DNA from: Lachnospiraceae bacterium
GTDB taxonomy: Bacteria > Bacillota > Clostridia > Lachnospirales > Lachnospiraceae
DNA length: 64,000 nt
Assembly (NCBI GenBank): GCA_017544705.1
Contig: JAFYDQ010000117.1
Coordinates: forward strand, 14,006 to 78,005
Direction: 5' to 3'
Positions 36,601 through 47,155 of this stretch are shown piece by piece. Made by a program: the position numbers and the translations under genes. The notes beneath the pieces are model-generated. The model was not told the DNA's origin, ran no database searches, and saw only the letters and a list, made by a program, of their open reading frames with translations. How positions within the stretch are numbered: the first letter of the stretch is position 1; the number at the start of each line of letters is the position of its first letter.

Positions 36601-37471
36601 GTTCCATGCGGATGATTATGGGATGTTTCCTGAGGCCGCAAGGCGGATCATAGCATGTATTGACGGCGGCTGTATCAACGGGATCAGCCTGATGCCAAAC
36701 GCGCCATGCTTTGAAGAGTGCATGGAAATCCTGAAAAACGAATGTCATACAAAGGTCCGGCTATCCGTCCACCTGAATCTTATGACGGAGAGGCCGCTTT
36801 GCGACAGATCCCGCATTCCCGATCTTACGGACGAAGAAGGCTATTTCTGCCTGACTTACGGCAAACTCCTGCTGTCGTCCCTGTTCCCGAAGAAAAGAGC
36901 AAATTATAAAAAGCAGATCAAAGAAGAACTGGCATTGCAGATCGAAAGATGCCTGCCGTATCTGAATGATTCCGAAGGCATCCGTCTGGATTCCCACAGA
37001 CATTTTCACATGGTTCCCGTCGTGTTTGACGCGATCGCGGAACTGGCGGCGGAAAAAGATTACAATCTGTCCTATATCCGGATCATCCGGGAAAGGGCTG
37101 CTCTTTATCACCATCTTTTCAAATTTGAAAGTTTCAGGCCCGTCAATGTGATCAAGGCGGTATTGCTGAACTATCTGGGATTTATCGACAGGAGAAGACA
37201 CCGCAGGCTGTATGATCTTGGGACGGCAGATTTCGGAAGCATCCTGTTTTCGGGGTGCATGACGGAAAGCAACCTTTCCCTGCTGGTTCATAATCACACA
37301 AAATACGCCGGACACTTTCGGGAGGATCTGGAACTGATGTTTCATCCGGGAGCCGTTCTTGAAAAGGAAGACCTGATGCGGATTCATGATGCGGAAGATG
37401 CGGCGTATATGGCAGATCCCATGCGGCTTAAGGAACAGGAAGCCGTCTGTTCCTTCACAGTTTGTTCATAA
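36593..37471 (+). CDS. YdjC/ChbG/HpnK-family carbohydrate deacetylase
   Basis: The N-terminus MIEFHADDYGMF (metal-binding D-D motif) and LDSHRHFHM are typical of the YdjC family. ATG 36593 overlaps the GT2 stop (ATGATTGA). The ORF opens at GTG 36584. Confidence 0.7.
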   Translation: MIEFHADDYGMFPEAARRIIACIDGGCINGISLMPNAPCFEECMEILKNECHTKVRLSVHLNLMTERPLCDRSRIPDLTDEEGYFCLTYGKLLLSSLFPKKRANYKKQIKEELALQIERCLPYLNDSEGIRLDSHRHFHMVPVVFDAIAELAAEKDYNLSYIRIIRERAALYHHLFKFESFRPVNVIKAVLLNYLGFIDRRRHRRLYDLGTADFGSILFSGCMTESNLSLLVHNHTKYAGHFREDLELMFHPGAVLEKEDLMRIHDAEDAAYMADPMRLKEQEAVCSFTVCS

Positions 37472-37580
37472 GATATTCAAAAATCATTTACGCGGGAATC
37501 ATTTTTCTGTCATTTATGAAAACTATACTTCTCACTATCAAGAGAAAGATTTTCTGACAACGAATACTTTTTCATAATAA

Positions 37581-37607
37581 ATGCCAAGTGACCGTGTCAC
37601 TTGGCAT
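37581..37607 (+). terminator. Perfect 12-bp hairpin downstream of the deacetylase gene (possible terminator, no U-tract)
   Basis: ATGCCAAGTGAC, loop CGT, GTCACTTGGCAT. The following sequence is CCTCCCGTTTT rather than an immediate T-run. Confidence 0.35.
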
Positions 37608-37635
37608 CCTCCCGTTTTAGGGGCAAATCTCCTTT

Positions 37636-37664
37636 TTGCAAGCGATCGGTGACTGTGGTATAAT
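37636..37664 (+). promoter_or_regulatory. Candidate sigma-A promoter for the GGDEF-like / heptose gene string
   Basis: TTGCAA (37636-37641), 17-nt spacer, TG-extended TATAAT (37659-37664). Confidence 0.55.
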
Positions 37665-37693
37665 ATAGCGAATAACGATAGATGAGGATTCCC

Positions 37694-38566
37694 ATGAACA
37701 AAAAGGAAACGACCGGCAAGACTTTGCAGGATATCGGTATTTGCATATTATTGGTCGCACTGTTGTTATGTGCGATCCTGTTTACGGCGACCGCAGATCA
37801 TTATCTGGAAAGCCTGCTGATGCTCGTCGGCCTCTTTTTGGCGGTTTTATTTGCGAGTTTCCGTTTAACTGCGGTTGCGATCGTGATCGCGGGATTGCAG
37901 ACGGTTGCTTTTATCGCATATAAAGTGTATGCGATCGTTGCAACCGGGGAGAGTGTTTCCGCACTGTCCTTCTGCTGGATCGCCCTGACGGCTTTAGCGG
38001 TTGTCGGTGCGGTCATGTATGTGAGCGGTCTCAAGAAAATGCAGCTTGAGAATCAGATCCTGAAGCAGCAGGTCGAAGAACTGATCATGATCGACCCGCT
38101 GACAGGTTTCTATAATCTGCGCAGTATGTTCATGGACATCCAGACGCAGATCTCTTACGCAGAGAGAAACGGAAAAGCGATCTCTCTGATGATCATCAAA
38201 TTCCGTTATGTCAAAGAACTGAAAAGCGTTTTAAAACCGGCACAGTATGATGAAGTACGTGTACGGCTCGCAAAACTGGTGGTCGACACCGTCCGTCTGG
38301 AGGACAGGGTATATGTCATTGATGACGAGGGTTCTCTGGGTGTGCTTCTGACCTGTGACAGAGCCGGTGCCAAGATCGTTGAGGGCAGACTGCGCAAGAA
38401 GCTGGATGATGTTGCCGCGTTTGACGGTATCGCACAATCGCCGCTTCGCGTGGAAGTCAAGATCGGCAGTCTGCAGTACAAGAAAGAAGAATTTGAGAGG
38501 GATGCGATCCTTCTGAAAGAAAGAGTGGAAGAAGAGGTAGAATACGACATATGCGATATTTCGTAA
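37694..38566 (+). CDS. Membrane protein with a degenerate GGDEF domain
   Basis: Four TM helices, a coiled-coil linker and a GGDEF fold (DPLTGFYNLRSM...). The signature reads DDEGS and the first metal-binding Asp region reads IKFRYV. ATG 37694 (MNKKE) has GAGGA 7 nt upstream. The ORF opens at 37682. Confidence 0.75.
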   Translation: MNKKETTGKTLQDIGICILLVALLLCAILFTATADHYLESLLMLVGLFLAVLFASFRLTAVAIVIAGLQTVAFIAYKVYAIVATGESVSALSFCWIALTALAVVGAVMYVSGLKKMQLENQILKQQVEELIMIDPLTGFYNLRSMFMDIQTQISYAERNGKAISLMIIKFRYVKELKSVLKPAQYDEVRVRLAKLVVDTVRLEDRVYVIDDEGSLGVLLTCDRAGAKIVEGRLRKKLDDVAAFDGIAQSPLRVEVKIGSLQYKKEEFERDAILLKERVEEEVEYDICDIS

Positions 38567-39510
38567 CAGGCGGAGCCGGCTTTATCGGCTCAAACATGGT
38601 AGACAGATTACTCAGTGAACCGGAAAACGAGGTTGTGGCTTATGATAACTTCTCGACCGGAAGAAGAGAGTTTTTGGAAGAGGCGCTGAAGAATCCGCGC
38701 TTTACTCTGGTCGAAGGCGATACACTTGATGAAGCGGCCATGACAAAGGCCATGGCAGGGGCTGATTTTGTTTTTCATTTTGCCGCCAATGCGGATGTCA
38801 GAATGGGTACGGAACATCCGAAGAAGGATCTGGAGCAGAATACGATCGCGACATACCACGTATTGGAAGCGATGCGTGCAAACGGGATCAGAAGGATCGG
38901 CTTTTCTTCCACGGGATCCGTATACGGTGAGGCGGAAGTGATCCCAACACCGGAAGATGCGCCTTTCCCGGTACAGACATCCCTGTACGGGGCATCCAAG
39001 CTTGCCTGCGAGGGGCTGCTTGCCGCATATGCCGAAGGGTTCGATTATCAGGTCTATATCTTCCGTTTTGTTTCCATTCTGGGAGAGAGATATACGCACG
39101 GTCATGTATTTGATTTTGTGAAGAAGCTGCAGGCGGATCCGACAAAACTCCACATCCTGGGGAACGGGAAGCAGCGCAAGTCCTATCTCTATGTGAAGGA
39201 CTGCATGGAAGCGATCCTGACGGTGATCCGTAACGCGAAGGAAAAAGTTAACATTTATAACCTCGGGACGGATCAATACTGTGAAGTCAATGATTCTGTC
39301 GGCTGGATCTGTAACAAACTGAACGTGAAACCGGAATTCACCTATGCCGGAGGGGAAAGAGGGTGGATCGGCGATAATCCGTTCATTTATCTGGATACGT
39401 CCAAGGTCAGGTCTCTCGGATGGAAGCCTAAGGCGACCATAGAAGAGGGCGTTGTTAAGACCGTAGAGTATCTGCTTGCCAATCCCTGGGTATTTCAGGC
39501 CAGAGACTGA
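38551..39510 (+). CDS. Extended-SDR NAD-dependent sugar-nucleotide epimerase/dehydratase
   Basis: Rossmann motif VTGGAGFIGSN and catalytic residues S...YGASK. The start overlaps the upstream gene by 16 nt. Confidence 0.8.
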   Translation: MRYFVTGGAGFIGSNMVDRLLSEPENEVVAYDNFSTGRREFLEEALKNPRFTLVEGDTLDEAAMTKAMAGADFVFHFAANADVRMGTEHPKKDLEQNTIATYHVLEAMRANGIRRIGFSSTGSVYGEAEVIPTPEDAPFPVQTSLYGASKLACEGLLAAYAEGFDYQVYIFRFVSILGERYTHGHVFDFVKKLQADPTKLHILGNGKQRKSYLYVKDCMEAILTVIRNAKEKVNIYNLGTDQYCEVNDSVGWICNKLNVKPEFTYAGGERGWIGDNPFIYLDTSKVRSLGWKPKATIEEGVVKTVEYLLANPWVFQARD

Positions 39511-39535
39511 TGGCGGGGTTTAGAGGGGTCAGTTC

Positions 39536-40831
39536 ATGATGCGGAATTTAGAAGAGGTACAGGTGGTCGTTCTGATGGGCGGCCTCGGTACCCGGTTAAA
39601 GGAATATACCAAAGATTGTCCAAAGTCCCTTGTGCGGGTGGGTTCTAAGCCTTTTTTTGATTATGAGCTGGAACTGCTGATGCAGTGGGGCTTTCGTCGT
39701 TTTTTGTTCCTGATCGGCTATCAGGCGGACATGATCGAAGAATATTACGGCGACGGATCGGACAGGAACATTTCCATTCAGTACTGTATGGACGGGGAAA
39801 AGCTTCTTGGTACGGGCGGTGCGGTGAGACGTGCCCTGCCGTATCTTGATGAGGACTTTCTGCTCATTTACGGTGATTCCTTTATGGACATCAACTATGA
39901 GGAAAGCGTTTACCGATATTATCAGGGCAAAGAGAACGGCAACCGGGCGCTGATGACCGTACTGAAAAACAACGATTCTTTTGATAAGAGTAATGTGATC
40001 GTTAAGGACGGAAAGATCGTTCTGTATGACAAACACAATACGGTCCCCGAAATGGAGTATATCGATTACGGGGTCTGCATGTACGAACGCTCCCTGTTTG
40101 AAAATTATCCGGAGGATACCGCATTTGACATCGCCACGATCCAGACGGCGCTCAGCAGGGAAGGAAAGCTGACGGCACATGTGGTCACGAAGCGCTTTTA
40201 TGAGATCGGAAGTCCGGAAAGCCTGAAAGAATTTACGGAGTACACGAAGTACCGCTTTACGGAAGCACATCCGGCCATCTTCTTAGACAGGGATGGCGTG
40301 ATCAATGAGATCGTGTACAACGAAGATACGGAATTGATGGATTCCGCCATGAATGTCAGCCAGTTTCACATGTTTCCTTATGTGCCAAAAGCAATCGAGG
40401 CGATGAAGGAAAAAGGCTATTATGTCTTTGTCGTGACCAATCAGCCGGGTGCGGCGAAAGGAAAGACAACGCTGCTGAATCTGTATGATATCAATACACT
40501 GCTTTGCGAAACGACAAATGTTGATGATACGTTCATGTGTATCCATTATCCGCAAATGCAGCCGCTGACAAAGGAACCGTATCTGATCAAAACCTGCGAC
40601 TGCCGAAAGCCCAAGCCCGGACTGCTTAAGCGGGCGGCAGAAAAGTATCATATCGACCTTTCTGCGTCTTTTATGGTTGGGGATTCTTATACGGATGTTC
40701 TTTGCGGACAGGCCATGGGTGTGAAGACGGTTTTGCTTGGCGGAATGCGGTGTGATGTCTGCAACCGCCTGTCCGGTAACAAGCCGGATTATATTTTAGG
40801 AGACCTTTCAGAGGTAATACAAATCATATAA
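39536..40831 (+). CDS. Fusion protein: sugar-1-phosphate nucleotidyltransferase (HddC-like) plus D,D-heptose 1,7-bisphosphate phosphatase (GmhB, HAD family)
   Basis: The N-terminal ~240 aa form an NTP-transferase (VLMGGLGTRL, GTGGAV, YGDSF). The C-terminal ~180 aa carry HAD/GmhB motifs: FLDRDGVINE, VVTNQPG, CDCRKPKPGLL and MVGDSYTD. Confidence 0.8.
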   Translation: MMRNLEEVQVVVLMGGLGTRLKEYTKDCPKSLVRVGSKPFFDYELELLMQWGFRRFLFLIGYQADMIEEYYGDGSDRNISIQYCMDGEKLLGTGGAVRRALPYLDEDFLLIYGDSFMDINYEESVYRYYQGKENGNRALMTVLKNNDSFDKSNVIVKDGKIVLYDKHNTVPEMEYIDYGVCMYERSLFENYPEDTAFDIATIQTALSREGKLTAHVVTKRFYEIGSPESLKEFTEYTKYRFTEAHPAIFLDRDGVINEIVYNEDTELMDSAMNVSQFHMFPYVPKAIEAMKEKGYYVFVVTNQPGAAKGKTTLLNLYDINTLLCETTNVDDTFMCIHYPQMQPLTKEPYLIKTCDCRKPKPGLLKRAAEKYHIDLSASFMVGDSYTDVLCGQAMGVKTVLLGGMRCDVCNRLSGNKPDYILGDLSEVIQII

Positions 40832-40864
40832 TGTTTGTAACGAAGAGAAAAGGAGGTAACAAAC

Positions 40865-41431
40865 ATGAGTATGCACTACATTGAGCAGTACCTGAAAGAG
40901 ACGGTGACAATCGCCGAAACGGTCTCGAAGGAAGAGATCGAAAAAGGGATCGTGATCTTAAAGCAGGTACGGGATCAGGGAGGACGCCTGTTTATTCTGG
41001 GCGTAGGCGGCAGCGCAGCCAATGCCTCTCATGCGGTTAATGATTTCCGTAAGATCGGCGGGATCGAGACTTACGCACCGACCGATAACGTTTCGGAACT
41101 GACCGCCAGGACCAATGATGAAGGGTGGGAAACCACATTTTCCGAATGGCTGAAGACATCCAAACTGCAGGAAAAGGATGCGGTGATGGTGTTCTCCGTC
41201 GGCGGCGGAAGTGCAAATACATCCTTAAACATTGTGAACGCACTGAAGCTTGCCAAAGAAAGGGGCGCAAAAGTGATCTCCGTTGTATCCAGAAGCGGAG
41301 GCTATTCCAAAGAAGTCAGCGATGCCTGCGTTTTGGTCCCTGTCGTGGCGGATGAGCGGATCACGCCGCATGCGGAAGGCTGGCAGGGTGTCATCTGGCA
41401 CCTGATGGTAAATGCAATCAATGAATCATAG
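40865..41431 (+). CDS. gmhA: Phosphoheptose (sedoheptulose-7-phosphate) isomerase, SIS domain
   Basis: 188 aa. The SIS motifs are RLFILGVGGSAANASHAVNDF and VFSVGGGS. AAAGGAGG lies upstream. Confidence 0.8.
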   Translation: MSMHYIEQYLKETVTIAETVSKEEIEKGIVILKQVRDQGGRLFILGVGGSAANASHAVNDFRKIGGIETYAPTDNVSELTARTNDEGWETTFSEWLKTSKLQEKDAVMVFSVGGGSANTSLNIVNALKLAKERGAKVISVVSRSGGYSKEVSDACVLVPVVADERITPHAEGWQGVIWHLMVNAINES

Positions 41432-41460
41432 TAATTGAGGAGAAAAGGAGAATTACTACC

Positions 41461-42180
41461 ATGAGATTTGAAGATCTAACAGTGACGCTTTATGCCGACG
41501 GCGCAGATATCGAGGGCATGAAGGAAGAGTATAAAAAAGGATATGTCAAAGGGTTCACGACCAACCCGACGCTGATGAAGAAAGCCGGCGTGACCGATTA
41601 TGTGACATTTGCAAAGGAAGTTGTCAAAGAGATCCCGGACCTTCCGCTTTCATTTGAAGTGTTCGCGGATGATTTTGACACAATGGAGAAGGAAGCGAAG
41701 GTGATCGCAGCACTTGGGGATAACGTGTATGTGAAGATCCCGATCACCAATTCGAAAGGGGAATCCAGCATTCCGCTGATCAGACGCCTGTCGGCGGCAG
41801 GACTGAAACTGAACGTAACGGCAATTTTGACGCTTGATCAGGTGGAAGCGACCGTGGATGCATTTGCAGACGGAACAAAGAACATCGTTTCTGTTTTTGC
41901 CGGACGGATCATGGATACCGGCGTGGATGCGGTGCCGATCATGAAAAAGGCGACGGAGATGTGCAGAAAGAAATCGGGAACCTTGTCTTTATGGGCAAGC
42001 TGCCGGGAAGTCTACAATATCATCCAGGCCGATCAATGCGGAACGGACATCATCACGGTCACGAACAATCTGCTGGCAAAACTCCCGAACCTCGGAAAGG
42101 ATCTTGCCCAGCTTTCCTTAGAAACGGTGCAGATGTTTTCCAATGATTCGAAGGCGCTCGGATTCTCGATTTTGGCGTGA
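41461..42180 (+). CDS. Transaldolase / fructose-6-phosphate-aldolase-family protein
   Basis: 239 aa. The motifs GFTTNPTLM and the Schiff-base lysine context NVYVKIPIT are typical of the small transaldolase family. Confidence 0.75.
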   Translation: MRFEDLTVTLYADGADIEGMKEEYKKGYVKGFTTNPTLMKKAGVTDYVTFAKEVVKEIPDLPLSFEVFADDFDTMEKEAKVIAALGDNVYVKIPITNSKGESSIPLIRRLSAAGLKLNVTAILTLDQVEATVDAFADGTKNIVSVFAGRIMDTGVDAVPIMKKATEMCRKKSGTLSLWASCREVYNIIQADQCGTDIITVTNNLLAKLPNLGKDLAQLSLETVQMFSNDSKALGFSILA

Positions 42181-42223
42181 TCAGATTCTTCATATAATTT
42201 AGAAATACTTAATATTTAGGGTG

Positions 42224-42252
42224 TTGACATGAAACTGTAGCGGTGATATTTT
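42224..42252 (+). promoter_or_regulatory. Sigma-A promoter of the hrcA-grpE-dnaK-dnaJ operon
   Basis: TTGACA (42224-42229), 17-nt spacer, TG-extended TATTTT (42247-42252). It lies immediately upstream of CIRCE. Confidence 0.6.
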
Positions 42253-42266
42253 AGTTACAGGCAATG

Positions 42267-42293
42267 TTAGCACTCTTTTTTGTTGAGTGCTAA
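42267..42293 (+). promoter_or_regulatory. CIRCE operator (HrcA binding site)
   Basis: Perfect match to the consensus TTAGCACTC-N9-GAGTGCTAA: TTAGCACTC ttttttgtt GAGTGCTAA. Confidence 0.95.
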
Positions 42294-42320
42294 CAACCAA
42301 AAGGAAGGGGGCGTGAACTT

Positions 42321-43349
42321 TTGGAACTGGATGAAAGAAAACGGACAATTCTGTTCGCGATCATCAAAACGTATCTGGAAACCGGCGAGCCGGTAGGGTC
42401 CAGAACGATCTCGAAGTTCACAGACCTGAACTTAAGTTCCGCGACGATCCGCAATGAGATGTCGGACCTTGAAGAAATGGGATATATCATCCAGCCGCAC
42501 ACGAGTGCCGGCAGGATTCCCAGCGATAAGGGATACCGGTTCTACGTGGATCAGCTGATGGCTGACAAGGAAAAAGAAGTCAATGAGATGAAAGAGATCC
42601 TCATCGAAAAAGCCGACAAAATGGAGCAGATGCTCAAAACGGCTGCCAGGTCGCTTGCGGTCAACACCAATTATGCGACCATGATCTCCGCGCCGCAGAT
42701 CCACCGCAACAAACTGAAATTCATTCAGTTAAGCCGGATGGAACAGAATAAGATCGTTGCCGTCATCGTTGTGGAAGGAAACATCATCAAGAACGAGATC
42801 ATAGACATGGATGGCGAATTGAGCGATGAAACGCTTCTGAAGCTGAACATCCTGCTCAACACCAATCTAAACGGCCTGTCCATTGATGAGATCAATCTGG
42901 CGATCATCTCGCATATGAAAGAACAGGCAGGAATCCACTCGGATCTGGTCAATAATGTGATCGATGCCGTGGCGGATGCGATCCGGGCGGATGAGGACCT
43001 GGAGATCTACACGAGCGGTGCAAACAACATCTTTAAGTATCCGGAGCTGTCCGATCATGAGAAGGCCAGCGAGATCATCTCCGCTTTCGAGGAAAAGAAA
43101 CAGCTGACGGAGATCGTACAGGAAACCCTGTCAAGAGGCGAACCGCAGGGAATTCAGGTTTATATCGGCGAAGAGACACCCATGCAGAGCATGAAGGACT
43201 GCAGTATCGTGACGGCAACATACGAACTGGAAGAAGGCATGCAGGGAACCATCGGAATCATCGGACCCAAGCGAATGGATTATGACAAGGTTTTAAGCAC
43301 GCTGAAGTCGTTAAAGTATCAATTGGATTCCATATATAAGAAGGAGTAG
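42321..43349 (+). CDS. hrcA: Heat-inducible transcription repressor HrcA
   Basis: TTG start. The sequence ELDERKRTILFAIIKTYLETGEPVGSRTI is the typical HrcA wHTH. Confidence 0.9.
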   Translation: MELDERKRTILFAIIKTYLETGEPVGSRTISKFTDLNLSSATIRNEMSDLEEMGYIIQPHTSAGRIPSDKGYRFYVDQLMADKEKEVNEMKEILIEKADKMEQMLKTAARSLAVNTNYATMISAPQIHRNKLKFIQLSRMEQNKIVAVIVVEGNIIKNEIIDMDGELSDETLLKLNILLNTNLNGLSIDEINLAIISHMKEQAGIHSDLVNNVIDAVADAIRADEDLEIYTSGANNIFKYPELSDHEKASEIISAFEEKKQLTEIVQETLSRGEPQGIQVYIGEETPMQSMKDCSIVTATYELEEGMQGTIGIIGPKRMDYDKVLSTLKSLKYQLDSIYKKE

Positions 43350-43360
43350 GAAACCGGAAC

Positions 43361-43963
43361 ATGGAAGAAAAGGAATTTCAGGAAGGGTTAGAGGCTGAGG
43401 AAATCAATCCGGATGAGGCGGCGGCAGAAACCGAAGAGGCTGAGGAAACCGCTACCGGAGAGGATTCGGAACAGAACTCAAAAGAAGAGCCCGTAAAGGA
43501 AAAAAAGAAAAAGAAAGAAAAGAAGGATAAAAAAGACGAGCAGATCGCGGAATTGCAGGACAGGGTGAAACGCCAGCTTGCAGAGTTTGAAAACTTCCGC
43601 AACCGCACCGAGAAGGAAAAATCATCCATGTATGAGATGGGTGTGAAATCCGTGATCGAGAAAATCCTGCCGGTCATTGACAATTTCGAAAGAGGCCTGG
43701 CATCCATTCCCGAAGAGGAACAGGATTCGGCAGTTGCCACCGGCATGCAGATGATCTACAAGCAGCTGATGACGGAGCTTGAAAACATCGGGATCAAACC
43801 GATCGAAGCCGTCGGTACGGAATTTGATCCGAATTTTCATAATGCGGTCATGCAGACGGAAAGCGATGAATACGATTCCGGCATTGTCGCACAGGAATTA
43901 CAAAAAGGATATACATACCATGACACCGTCGTGCGGCACAGTATGGTAAGCGTTGTACAATAG
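43361..43963 (+). CDS. grpE: Nucleotide exchange factor GrpE
   Basis: The acidic/lysine-rich N-terminus is followed by RQLAEFENFRNRTEKE and the conserved C-terminal beta-domain. Confidence 0.9.
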   Translation: MEEKEFQEGLEAEEINPDEAAAETEEAEETATGEDSEQNSKEEPVKEKKKKKEKKDKKDEQIAELQDRVKRQLAEFENFRNRTEKEKSSMYEMGVKSVIEKILPVIDNFERGLASIPEEEQDSAVATGMQMIYKQLMTELENIGIKPIEAVGTEFDPNFHNAVMQTESDEYDSGIVAQELQKGYTYHDTVVRHSMVSVVQ

Positions 43964-45886
<1,923 letters not shown>

Positions 45887-45895
45887 TGATCGAAG

Positions 45896-47050
45896 ATGGC
45901 TGAATCAAAAAGAGATTATTACGAGGTGCTTGGCGTTGATAAGAACGCCGATGAAGCAACCATCAAAAAAGCATATCGAAATCTTGCGAAGAAGTATCAC
46001 CCGGATATGAATCCGGGTGATGCTGAAGCGGAGAAGAAATTCAAGGAAGCCTCAGAGGCCTATGCCGTTCTTTCGGATCCCGACAAAAAGCGCCAGTATG
46101 ACCAGTTTGGGCATGCGGCGTTCGAAAACGGCGGACCCGGGGGCGGATTTGATTTTTCCGGAATGGATTTCACGGATCTGTTCGGCGATCTGTTCGGCGA
46201 TTTCTTTGGCGGCGGAAGAAGCCGTTCGCGGTCCAATAACGGGCCGATGAAAGGTGCGAATATCCGCACGAGTGTCAGGATCAGTTTCGAGGAAGCGGTT
46301 TTCGGCGTTGATAAGGAGATCGAACTCACCTTAAAGGATCCCTGCCCGACCTGTAAAGGCAGCGGGGCAAAGCCCGGTACGACACCGGAAACCTGCTCCA
46401 AATGCGGCGGTAAAGGGCAGGTCGTTTATACACAGCAGTCACTCTTTGGCATGATCCGGAACGTCCAGACCTGTCCGGAGTGTCAGGGAAGCGGAAAAAC
46501 GGTCAAAGAAAAGTGTCCCGACTGTCACGGTGCGGGTTATATTTCCAGCCGCAAGAAGATCCAGGTATCGATCCCGGCAGGCATCGACGAAGGACAGTGC
46601 GTCAGGATCAGGGATAAAGGAGAACCAGGCACAAACGGCGGTCCCAGAGGCGATCTTTTAGTCGAAGTGATCGTAAACAGACATCCGATCTTCCAGAGAC
46701 AGGACCGGAACATCTTTTCCACGGCACCGATCAGTTATGCAGTGGCTGCGCTTGGCGGAGACGTGGTTCTGGACACGGTTGACGGGAAGGTTATTTACGA
46801 GGTGAAAGCCGGAACCCAGACGGATACCAGAGTCAGGCTGAAAGGCAAAGGCGTGCCGTCGCTGCGAAATAAAGACGTTCGGGGCGATCATTACGTTACG
46901 CTGATCGTGCAGACACCGGAGCATTTAAACGGAGAAGCCAAAGAACTATTACGGAAATTTGATGAGCTGACAGGCAACTCGTTGCATGCATCGGATGCCT
47001 ACACGGAGAAGAAATCGGACGATAAAAAGAAGAAAGGCCTGTTTAAGTAG
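45896..47050 (+). CDS. dnaJ: Co-chaperone DnaJ
   Basis: J-domain (YHPD), G/F-rich region and four CxxCxGxG zinc-finger repeats. Confidence 0.95.
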   Translation: MAESKRDYYEVLGVDKNADEATIKKAYRNLAKKYHPDMNPGDAEAEKKFKEASEAYAVLSDPDKKRQYDQFGHAAFENGGPGGGFDFSGMDFTDLFGDLFGDFFGGGRSRSRSNNGPMKGANIRTSVRISFEEAVFGVDKEIELTLKDPCPTCKGSGAKPGTTPETCSKCGGKGQVVYTQQSLFGMIRNVQTCPECQGSGKTVKEKCPDCHGAGYISSRKKIQVSIPAGIDEGQCVRIRDKGEPGTNGGPRGDLLVEVIVNRHPIFQRQDRNIFSTAPISYAVAALGGDVVLDTVDGKVIYEVKAGTQTDTRVRLKGKGVPSLRNKDVRGDHYVTLIVQTPEHLNGEAKELLRKFDELTGNSLHASDAYTEKKSDDKKKKGLFK

Positions 47051-47096
47051 CAGGGGCATAATGTTCTTGATTTATACGGGTAAATCAACTATAATA

Positions 47097-47131
47097 CAGG
47101 GGGCTTGCAAAAGCACCCTGTTTTATTTTTT
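47097..47131 (+). terminator. Intrinsic terminator of the dnaK operon
   Basis: Stem CAGGGGGC / GCACCCTG (7 of 8 bp) with an 8-nt loop, followed by TTTTATTTTTT. Confidence 0.65.
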
Positions 47132-47155
47132 CGTATGATCAGTAGGAGCAGATTT

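Noticed and set aside
47105-47155. TTG-initiated N-terminal extension of the DUF3048 lipoprotein ORF
   Set aside because: The extension includes the dnaJ terminator hairpin and its T-run. The ATG at 47156 has an AGGAG-like RBS and yields a canonical lipoprotein signal peptide.
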